Part shown: positions 18,841 through 28,000 of the stretch, one piece after another
Layout of the letters: every line of letters begins with the position of its first letter
Numbering within the stretch: the stretch's first letter is position 1
Assembly (NCBI GenBank): GCA_963661535.1
Contig: CAVLCC010000003.1
Location: 469-64,468, forward strand
DNA from: Senegalimassilia sp.
Lineage (GTDB): Bacteria; Actinomycetota; Coriobacteriia; Coriobacteriales; CADBOM01
Direction: 5' to 3'
Length of the DNA stretch: 64,000 nt
Notes under the pieces: generated by a model
The model's database searches: none
Seen by the model: the letters and a program-made list of their open reading frames with translations, nothing else
Told to the model about the DNA's origin: nothing
Position numbers and translations under genes: made by a program

Positions 18841-19386
18841 TTACGCGCTCTCAGCATCGTTCATAGGCGAAAGCTCACCTTTTATTACTATAGGGATTCC
18901 ACACACCAGCTCATAGACAGCATCGGCTTTTGCCGCAAGTTCTCGGTTAATATATCCAAGCGCATCAACATATTTGGGAGTAAGGTCATCATAATCATGA
19001 AACTCAGAGCCAACATCGTTGGTCACAACAATCAGATTTTTGCACTTGCCTGCTAAATCAGTTACTCCGTTGACAATCTTTTGCCTTGGATCACATACGT
19101 TGCCTTGTTCATCAAACATCTCATTGCTTGTGAGGTTGCAGATACATTCTAGCAACACTGTGGCTTCATCTGGAACTTGCACCTCGGCAATATTTGTTTG
19201 AGCCTCAATTGTGGTAAAGCCTTTTTTTGCACGCATTTTTCTGTGTCTATCAATTTTGGCTAAACTCTCTTCTCCGTATGGTTGCATAGTGGCAATGTAA
19301 ATTCGCGGGCTATGGTATTGACACACCAAAGATTCTGCATACGTGCTCTTTCCACAAGCAGAGCCCCCTGTGAGCAAATAAAACAT
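18841..19386 (-). CDS. cobU: bifunctional adenosylcobinamide kinase / adenosylcobinamide-phosphate guanylyltransferase
   Basis: 181 aa. P-loop TGGSACGKS, a His-containing loop (KIDRHRKMR), and VVTNDVGSE...GIPIVIKG. Confidence 0.85.
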   Translation of the reverse strand: MFYLLTGGSACGKSTYAESLVCQYHSPRIYIATMQPYGEESLAKIDRHRKMRAKKGFTTIEAQTNIAEVQVPDEATVLLECICNLTSNEMFDEQGNVCDPRQKIVNGVTDLAGKCKNLIVVTNDVGSEFHDYDDLTPKYVDALGYINRELAAKADAVYELVCGIPIVIKGELSPMNDAESA

Positions 19387-19403
19387 TGCGATCCTTTCTA
19401 AGT

Positions 19404-19495
19404 CTTAGTGCGTTAGTATGTTAGTGCATTAGTGCAAAAGCGCATCAATGCGTTAGCGCGCAAGTACGGCTAATGCGACTAACACGCAAATACGT
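19404..19495. repeat. degenerate 8-bp periodic array (consensus rTTAGTGC, ~11-12 units) between cobT and cobU
   Basis: cttagtgc gttagtat gttagtgc attagtgc aaaagcgc atcaatgc gttagcgc gcaagtac ... read directly from the sequence. Confidence 0.6.
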
Positions 19496-19521
19496 TGCGG
19501 GCTTATAAGCCCAGCAAGCGT

Positions 19522-20781
19522 TTATCCCAGCGGAACATATGCATCTATTTTAATATCGTCAAACGACACCATTTCTGAATATACCGCCAATCCCATATCT
19601 AAAAGAGGCATTGCGCAAACTGCGCCTGTTCCCTCCCCCAAATGCATTCCAGCACAAATTAGGGGTTGTAAGTCTATCTCTTTTAGAATTGCTGGTGCCG
19701 CTGGCTCACTCGAAACATGACTTGCAAACATAGCGACCCGAGATAACGCACATATTCTATAAGCAACTAGGGCTGCACATGCCGAGATAAGTCCATCGAT
19801 TAAAATTGGCACTCTATAAATTGCTCCACCCAAAAATACGCCCACAAGACCGGCTATATCAAATCCGCCAAGTTTTGAAAGACAATCCAGCGGATCTTTA
19901 GTGTTTGGATGGTTGACCTCAATCCCCTTTTTGATTGCAGCAATTTTGCGCGTTAGACCGTCATCAGAAAGTCCGGCACCGCGTCCTGTGACCTCCTCCA
20001 CACTAACACCTAACAAAAGCGATGCCAACGCACTTGATGTTGTTGTGTTGCCAATGCCCATCTCACCTGTGGCTATAAGTTTATATCCCTGAGATGCCAT
20101 GTCTTTAACGATATCTATTCCTGTAGAAATAGCTTGCCACATTTGGTCGTTTGTCATTGCGGGCTCTTTTGTGAAGTTTGCAGTTTGAGAGGCAATTTGT
20201 CTATCTAGGGTGCCCTGTGCCTCAAACATCATTCCCATATTTACTGCGAGCGTGTCTGCATGTGCTAGATTTGCCATTCTGCACACCGATGTGTCGTGAT
20301 GAACGATGTTGCCCGCTACTATGGCTGTTACGTCCTGACCAGTTTGTGTGACGCCCTCCTCAACAACTCCGTTATCGGCACACATAACAACCACTGCGCG
20401 TTTGTTTAGAACCACGTCAGGCGTGCCAATGAGTCCAGCTATTCGAGTAATGTCTGTCTCTAGTGCGCCAAGACTCTCTAGTGGCTTTGCAATTGCGTCC
20501 CAATTTTTTTTGCACTTGTTTGCAGCATCATTATTAAAAGCTGCAATTTTTGCGGCAATTAGGTTTATTTTATGCTCGTTGGTGTTGTTTGAACGAAGCT
20601 CTTTGCACAATTCAGAAGGATCGTTGTTAGTTATATTAACGGTGCCTTTTGAGTTGTTTTCGCTGTCGCAGTTTGCAGGCGTAGTTACCTCGCTGCTAGC
20701 ATTTTGATTAGTTTGCTGACCTTGGTTTTTGTTTTCACTTGCGCATGCGCAACCATCAGATAAATTATTATCGTTGTTCAT
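19522..20781 (-). CDS. cobT: nicotinate-nucleotide--dimethylbenzimidazole phosphoribosyltransferase with a low-complexity N-terminal extension
   Basis: CobT blocks AKPLESLGALE, GEMGIGNTT and HLGEGTGA. About 65 aa of N/Q/S-rich extension precede the conserved core. Confidence 0.9.
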   Translation of the reverse strand: MNNDNNLSDGCACASENKNQGQQTNQNASSEVTTPANCDSENNSKGTVNITNNDPSELCKELRSNNTNEHKINLIAAKIAAFNNDAANKCKKNWDAIAKPLESLGALETDITRIAGLIGTPDVVLNKRAVVVMCADNGVVEEGVTQTGQDVTAIVAGNIVHHDTSVCRMANLAHADTLAVNMGMMFEAQGTLDRQIASQTANFTKEPAMTNDQMWQAISTGIDIVKDMASQGYKLIATGEMGIGNTTTSSALASLLLGVSVEEVTGRGAGLSDDGLTRKIAAIKKGIEVNHPNTKDPLDCLSKLGGFDIAGLVGVFLGGAIYRVPILIDGLISACAALVAYRICALSRVAMFASHVSSEPAAPAILKEIDLQPLICAGMHLGEGTGAVCAMPLLDMGLAVYSEMVSFDDIKIDAYVPLG

Positions 20782-20924
20782 AAATATTCTCTTTTCTATA
20801 TTTGTTTTTTGTTATTTGCCCGCATATTTAAAGGGCAAGTTTAAGCATTTTAAACACAAAGCTAGACACACCAAAACAATGGCAAACCATAAAATTTTAT
20901 GTTCATAAAGCTTTGAAATAAATG

Positions 20925-20968
20925 AAAAATTTTAGACGGGGCAAGAGCTTTTATATCTCTTACCCCGT
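20925..20968 (-). terminator. intrinsic terminator in the cobT leader, ~145 nt upstream of the cobT ATG
   Basis: On the minus strand ACGGGGUAAGAG pairs with CUCUUGCCCCGU (12 bp, one G.U; 20968->20936), followed by CUAAAAUUUUU. Confidence 0.7.
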
Positions 20969-21438
20969 TTTATTGATTGCGCATTACCCCGGGGGTGACA
21001 AGGGGTGGGTAGGAGGTGCGCAACCTTCTTTTGGGTCTTGTGGGAGACCCTTTGCGTTTGAATACATCGGAGTTGTCTCCGAATACTTTGGGTTATTGCT
21101 TAAAAACTTGGTCATGGGGTTTAGGATGACCATTTATAAGGCTTATGTATGTAACAGATTTTTATAATCTGCAGGTAACGGCTAACACCTAGCAAATAAT
21201 TAAGTTGAGGAGTGCTTACGCATGCTCGGTTTGCTCAATAAGATAGATAAGGTCAACGAAAGGAGTCGGATATCTCTGTTCGATATAAAGTGTTTTTTAC
21301 TACGGCAAAATAGAAAAACAACTGAGCATTTGGTATTAGTTACCGGTACCTTGAAATTTATTAAGGCAGAGACTGTGGATCCGCCTACATGGGCAATAAA
21401 AAAGGCACATCTGATATCTAAACCAGCTGTACCCGAAT

Positions 21439-21504
21439 TTATGCTCCCATGTCCGACAATGGCAATTTGTCGGCTTCAATGGCGCAATAACTCGTTACAA
21501 CCAT
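21439..21504 (-). CDS. 21-codon ORF immediately behind the riboswitch (leader peptide or remnant of a lost gene)
   Basis: AGGAGA (21516->21511), 6 nt, then AUG at 21504. Reads MVVTSYCAIEADKLPLSDMGA*. No similarity that I can judge. Confidence 0.2.
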   Translation of the reverse strand: MVVTSYCAIEADKLPLSDMGA

Positions 21505-21513
21505 TAAAACTCT

Positions 21514-21688
21514 CCTGAGCAGGTCTTCTGACTTACGAATTTGCAAGCTTTTTTCTTGCGCGAAACTTCCTCCTTCCCAGACAAAGTCCAGTGGTTATAC
21601 GGAAGTTCCTCTCCGTTCACAGCGGCGGTACCGTTTGGGACTCTCACCCAATTCTCTCTTAGCCATTTAAATAAAAATGGAACTCAGG
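21514..21688 (-). promoter_or_regulatory. cobalamin (B12) riboswitch aptamer
   Basis: The minus strand carries the core blocks in canonical order: AGAGAGAAUUGGGUGAGAGUCC, CCGCCGCUGUGA, ACCACUGG...UGGGAAGG, and the B12 box AAGUCAGAAGACCUGC (21533->21519). P1 is CCUGAG (21688->21683) paired with CUCAGG (21519->21514). Confidence 0.85.
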
Positions 21689-21921
21689 CGTATTCGATTT
21701 TCAAGGAACCGATGTTTCTTACGCTTTGTCTAGATTAAACCTAAATTTGAATTTGGTCAATATGTTTTTTAAAAATTCTTTGTGTAGTTCGTACAGTGCG
21801 CCTGCGCACGTCATTGCATTACAAATTAACCTTACAAATTTAGTGCATTTATTATGCTGTGATGTATCTAAATTTGTTTTAAGTCACTTATGATAAAAGC
21901 AAATAGCTAGATCATACATGC

Positions 21922-21958
21922 AAAAATCCCTCGCCCGTGGTGGATGAGCGAGGGATTT
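21922..21958 (-). terminator. intrinsic terminator of the giant surface-protein gene
   Basis: aaatccctcgc (21924-21934) pairs with gcgagggattt (21948-21958). On the minus strand the hairpin is followed by UUUUUG. Confidence 0.75.
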
Positions 21959-22016
21959 ATTATGAGCGTTCTTATAAAAGAACTATTGGGCTACTTTGCT
22001 TTTGCTTGCATGTAAA

Positions 22017-25000
22017 TTAGAAAGCGAAGCAAGGAACAACACCTAGCGTGTATGAACCGTCATCCCATGAAGGTTCACCACTAGTAGTTACGAATCCACA
22101 CATTGATGCTTTTACAATGTCTTCGTCATATTGATATTGAGAGAATGTGCGTAAATACCATTGTGGACAATTAGAAGGACTCACAACACTTCCATTACGA
22201 GTTAAATCAATTCCACTTATTGCTGGATTTACTCCACCGAATCCAGAATTAGTAACCTTGTTTGCAAACCATTCGTATTGTGAACCTTCTTTTGCAAACC
22301 CTTGCCCATAAGTTTCATCTATAATTATGCCATCTTCTCCATAGATTTCGCTATAGGACATTAGCCAGATAGAATCTTTTACAGTTGAATTTAGAACCCA
22401 TTCGCCAGCCTTTCCAGACATAGTTCTTTTAGTAATTGTTTTTGCAGCATCTGCTAAATCTCCTAGACCACCAGCAACATAGTCTGGAATTACAGATGTT
22501 CGCATATTAGAACTTCCCCAACCACCATCTGATACTACACCTGATAGATTGATTGATTTTTTAGTAGGCAAGGAGTGCGTTGCCATAAATGTTACAACAG
22601 AGCCATCCCAGTCATGCTCACCAACCTGAATAATGCGGAACTCTACATATTTATTTTCGTCTTCAGTTGTGTCATCACCTTTCCAAGCTGTGTATAGATG
22701 ATACGAGTCGCTATCTGAATAGGACTGATAAATACTTGCAATAGTATCTCTGCCTTGTCCAAGTGAATTTGTGTCAAGCTGATAATGTAGAACTTTCATA
22801 TCCTCGTCTATTAGACTCTGGGTCCTTACAACACCCTCTGTAGGGCTTGTGTAACTTGCATTAGCTTCTGGCGCATCGCTTGAAGTAGTTGACTTCATAG
22901 CAGGTGCAATCCAATAGCTACCAACATCTGTATTAAGCCACTGTGCATAAAGATCTACTGTACCATTATCTTGTACACCTGCAACTAGTGAATCTGTAGT
23001 TTCAATACTTGCTTTATCACTATAAGATGTACCCATTCCATCAGCTTGTGTATTCCAACCTGTCATGGTATATACAGTAGTACCTTCAGTCTTTGCAAAT
23101 TTGTTTGCTTCAAGTGTTACTGTAGCAAGAGCTGATGTCACATCCTGTGTATATGTATACTCTCCACCAGATGATGTTCCACCTGAAGTAGCAGAGTTGC
23201 CATGATAAACAATCGTGTACGACTTATCTTTTACTGCGACTTCAACGGTTATTTCCTTTGTGTTGTAATTGTCATAATAATAAGGAATAAAAGTTGCTTT
23301 TTTCTCAACTGTAGTTACATTAGTTCCTAAAGATTCAGTTTTGTCATTCCAAACAAGCCAACCACGTTTGTCTGTAGTTAATGTTACATCAGCAAGTGTA
23401 TTACCAACATAGCCTGTAGCAGTTACATTGCTAGGCAAATCACCATCGGAATAGTCAGCTTTAGCAATTGTCCACTTTACTGTCTTGGTGCCGGTATAAT
23501 TGCCTTTACCAGTAACAGTTAATTCGTAATCACCAGCATATTTTCCACTTGATGTTCCATCTACAGTGTAATCTGTTTCAGAAGTTAGCGAATCTGTGAT
23601 GCCTGTTACAGTTACACTCTTAACTCCATTTGTTTGCTCGACAGCTTTATAGTCTTCCTCTTTATAAACTAAATCAGTTGCATTTAATTCAACTGTAGTA
23701 TCAGTACCACTTATATCTTTTGGATCAATTTGGAAAGTTAGAGTTGCATCACCTGTGTAATTGCCTATGCATACTACTCGGACAATTCCAATACCAGCTT
23801 TTACATTATTTGTATAACTGACAATGTAGTCTTTATCCTTGGTCATACCCTCCGGAAAACCTGTAACCCCAGGTTCTTTCTCTTCTCCATTGTAGGTATA
23901 GTTATCTTCTGCTTGCGCTTCTAGTGAAAGATCTGTTAGGTCAGCTTCTTGTGCTGTGATTGTCCAATCTTCAGATTTAGAGCCTTTGTAGTTGCCTTTA
24001 CCTTCAATTGTGTAGGTATAAGTTCCTTTATCTGACTGTTCAGTTACATTGCTAGGTACAGTAAAGTCATCATCTTTGACTAGGGCTTTACCTGCACCCT
24101 CAACTTGAATATCCGAGTCTGTCACTGTAGCTGTAGGCAAGTGTTTGTCGCCATCGTAAACATATGAAGAGTTATTAAGAGTTAGATTTACTCCACTGAT
24201 ATCTTTTGGAAGTATGTTCCAATTAGCAGTAACACTATCAGTGTAGTTACCAGTGCCTGTAACAGTTAGTGTGTAGCTATCCGTATCACCCTCAACACTA
24301 GAATCTTTAACTTTTACATTTGTTTGCTTGTTGCCAGTTACTGTGTAATCAGTTGTAGCATCCAAAATCTTGTTGTCTAAGATTACCTTGTTAACTTTTT
24401 GTGTTTGCTCGCTGCCGTCATAGACTAGCTCAGTTGGGTCAAGTTCAACTGTTGCCTGTTCGATTGATAGAGGATCAATTACCCACTGTATATCAGAAAT
24501 TGTTCCTGTGTAGTTACCTACGCCAATAATTTTGAATTTATAGGTTCCAGCATTTGTGCCAGTAGTGTCGCCACTTAGCTCGTAGTCGCCTGCTTCTAGT
24601 GTCTTTGAACCATCAGCAGTTCTAACATTTGTAACTCCAACTGTTTGTTTTTGTTCATTGTAGGTATAAGTTTCTGAATCTAGCTCGTACTTTCCACCTT
24701 CAATTGATAGAGGGCAAATCTTCCAGTTAGCAGTTGTTGTTCCTGTGTAGTTGCCAGTGCCCTCAATTGTGTAGGTGTAGGTATCAACATCTGTGCCCTT
24801 ATCACCTGATACAACTGTATAGTCAGCATCTTCAACAAGAGCTTTATTTCCAAGAGTTACTGTGGCATCTACTTCTTGTTCACTTCCAGAGTAAGTAGTT
24901 ATGTAGCCATTTTCAGTATCCTCGATTACTACTACAGCATCCTCAATGCTTGCAGGTGCAATTGTAAACTCTAGAACTTTTGTTCCTGTGTAGTTACCTT

Positions 25001-28000
25001 TGCCTTCGATTGTTGCTGTTGCAGTTCCTGCATTAGTATTGTTTGCATATGTAACTGTGTAGTCATCTTCTGGGGTGTAATCATCTAGATTTTTAACAGT
25101 AGGCTCTTTCTCATCACCATCATAGGTATAGCTATCTGGATCAAGAGCTACATTTGCAAAGTCAAGTTCTGCTGGAGCAATTGACCAATCAGCTGTTACT
25201 GAACCTGTGTAGTTACCATTGCCAGTAACTGTTAGCTCGTAGTCATCTGCTTCTGTATCAGTGTTACCAGCTACTATATATTCGTCATCAGCTGTTAGAA
25301 CTTTATTATCAAGAATTACCTTGTTAACTTTTTGTGTTTTCTCGTCGCCGTCATAGACTAGCTCAGTTGAATCTAGAATGAGTTCAGCATCTTTAATGCT
25401 TGCAGGTGCAATTTCAAACTCTAAATCAGTAGAACCAGTGTAGTTACCATCGAATGTAACTGTAGCTTTTGCTTTACTTGTTTCAGTTGTTGCGTTTGTA
25501 TTGTTATCGTATACAACTGTGTAATCTACACCTTGTGTATAAGTATCTGGACCTGTAACTTTTGGCTCTTTAGCCTCACCATCATAGGTATAGTTTGTTG
25601 TCTCAAGGCTAAAACCTGTAAAATCAGTTACCTCTAGAGGGTTAATTGTCCAGTCAACAGTTACTGTTCCTGTGTAGTTACCAGTGCCCTCAACTACAAG
25701 GCTATAGTCATCTGCATCTGTTCCAGTGTTTCCAGATACTTTGTAGTCTGTAGAAGCAAGGTCTTTAGTGTCCAAAGTTACCTTTGTAACGTTCTTAGTT
25801 TGCTCGGTATCTTTAATATAAGTTAACTCTTTTGCATCAAGTGTAACTACTGCATCCTCAATGCTTGCAGGTGCAATTGTGAACTCTAGAACCTTTGTTC
25901 CTGTGTAGTTACCTTGGCCCTCGATTGTTGCAGTTGCAGTTCCTGCATTAGTATTGTTTGCATATGTAACTGTGTAGTCATCTTCTGGGGTGTAATCATC
26001 TAGATTTTTAACAGTAGGCTCTTTCTCATCACCATCATAGGTATAGCTATCTGGATCAAGAGCTACATTTGCAAAGTCAAGTTCTGCTGGAGCAATTGAC
26101 CAATCAGCTGTTACTGAACCTGTGTAGTTACCATTGCCAGTAACTGTTAGCTCGTAGTCATCTGCTTCTGTATCAGTGTTACCAGCTACTATATATTCGT
26201 CATCAGCTGTTAGAACTTTATTATCAAGAATTACCTTGTTAACTTTTTGTGTTTTCTCGTCGCCGTCATAGACTAGCTCAGTTGAATCTAGAATGAGTTC
26301 AGCATCTTTAATGCTTGCAGGTGCAATTTCAAACTCTAAATCAGTAGAACCAGTGTAGTTACCATCGAATGTAACTGTAGCTTTTGCTTTACTTGTTTCA
26401 GTTGTTGCGTTTGTATTGTTATCGTATACAACTGTGTAATCTACACCTTGTGTATAAGTATCTGGACCTGTAACTTTTGGCTCTTTAGCCTCACCATCAT
26501 AGGTATAGTTTGTTGTCTCAAGGCTAAAACCTGTAAAATCAGTTACCTCTAGAGGGTTAATTGTCCAGTCAACAGTTACTGTTCCTGTGTAGTTACCAGT
26601 GCCCTCAACTACAAGGCTATAGTCATCTGCATCTGTTCCAGTGTTTCCAGATACTTTGTAGTCTGTAGAAGCAAGGTCTTTAGTGTCCAAAGTTACCTTT
26701 GTAACGTTCTTAGTTTGCTCGGTATCTTTAATATAAGTTAACTCTTTTGCATCAAGTGTAACTACTGCATCCTCAATGCTTGCAGGTGCAATTGTGAACT
26801 CTATAGCTTTTGTTCCAGTGTAATTTCCCTTGCAAGTAATGGTTGCTGTTGCAGTGCCCGCATTGGTATTGTTAGCATAAGCAATATCATATTCAATACC
26901 CTCTGGCATATTCTTTACTTTAGGCTCTTTGGCCTCACCATCGTAAATATATCCTTTTGCTGGAATATCTAGCACAACATCATCTAGAACAGCATCTGCA
27001 GATTTGATGCTCCAATCAGCAGAAGCAGTTTCTTTATAGTTTCCAGCTCCCTCAATAGTGAACTTGTAATCACCAACATTGGTTTTGCTATCAGATGTTA
27101 CTGTATAGTCTTCGCCCTCAACTAGTACCTTATTGTTGAGCAGAACCTTTGCAGCATTTGGAGCCTGTGCAGTTGTGTCGTATGTGAACTCAGCAGAGTC
27201 TAGATAAATCTCAGCATCTGCAAGACTTGCAGCAGTAATCACAAAAGAAACTTCTTTTGTGACCTTTGGATCATAGTTGCCCATGCCAGCAATAATAACT
27301 TCTGCATTACCTGCATTGATATTATCAACATAATCAATTGTGTAGTCTTTATTTATTACTAGACCCTCAGGCAATCCCTTTACCTTAGGTTCAATTGCCT
27401 CGCCAGTATAAGTAGCAGAAGCAGGATCAATTGTTACATTTGAATAATCAATTACAGCAGCTTTGATTGTCCAAGTCTCAAAAACAGTGCCTGTGTAGTT
27501 GCCTTTGCCAGCAATCAGTAACTCGTAATCCCCAGCATTAACTGCTGAATCTCTAGAAACTACATAATCTGTATCTGCCTCAAGTGCAAACCCACCAAAA
27601 ACGATGCTCTTAATATTTTGAGTCTTGCTGTCCCCATTATATGTAAGAACTGTGTCATCGAGCGTTACTGTTGCTTGAGAGATGTCTGCAGGTTTAATCT
27701 TGAATGTGTAGATCTTAGAACCAGTGCGTGTTCCAATTCCTTCCACTGTTAGGATAGCTGTTCCTGCATCGGTATTGTTTTCGTAAGTAACTTTGTAGTC
27801 TGTATTTTCTTCTAGACCCTCAATAGCTACAGAAGTAGTTTGTGCTTTGCCATTGTAGGTTTTATCTGTTGTATCTACGGTTGCTTTTGAAAAGTCAATC
27901 TCGTTTACAACAAAGCTAACCACGCCATCTTTTGTGGTCTGTGTACTACGAATGCTTCCGTTGGAATCTGTAGCAGTGACCTCTAGATTGTCTACTGCTT

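Noticed and set aside
21030-21100. Minus-strand AAACGCAAAGGGUCUCC plus an upstream GCAAUAACCC, reminiscent of the c-di-GMP-I (GEMM-I) ACGCAAAGC / GCAAACC blocks.
   Set aside because: The resemblance is limited to short strings. The hairpin loops are not GNRA/receptor pairs, and I cannot build the two-stem GEMM fold with confidence. It is left as unassigned structure within the riboswitch-spacer finding; cmscan would settle it.
20977-21700. Possible tmRNA, RNase P RNA, SRP RNA or group II intron in the 1.2-kb ORF-free gap.
   Set aside because: I checked from memory for the hallmark strings: GGGG...UUCGAC with a ...CCACCA 3' end, GAGGAAAGUCC / ACAGAA.CGGCUUA, and the domain V consensus. None is present on either strand.
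20985-21735. An apparent cluster of 6-bp restriction palindromes (SmaI, PstI, SphI, AgeI/KpnI, BamHI, EcoRV, PvuII, HindIII, XbaI), suggesting a cloning scar.
   Set aside because: About a dozen palindromic hexamers are expected by chance in ~750 bp (64 possible palindromes, each occurring about once per 4,096 positions). This is not an enrichment.
20922-21738. Plus-strand ORFs of 81, 98 and 65 aa (20922-21167, 21222-21518, 21541-21738) in the cobT-upstream gap.
   Set aside because: They have no RBS and odd composition. The third lies directly antisense to the cobalamin riboswitch core. The region is better explained as minus-strand leader/ncRNA.
24937-26766. Regular long repeats that could be mistaken for a CRISPR-like or satellite array. 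The same applies to 43047-43166 and 42087-42194.
   Set aside because: All are contiguous tandem repeats without unique spacers. Two lie in frame within coding sequence and one is a reiteration of a gene's 3' end. No cas genes are present.
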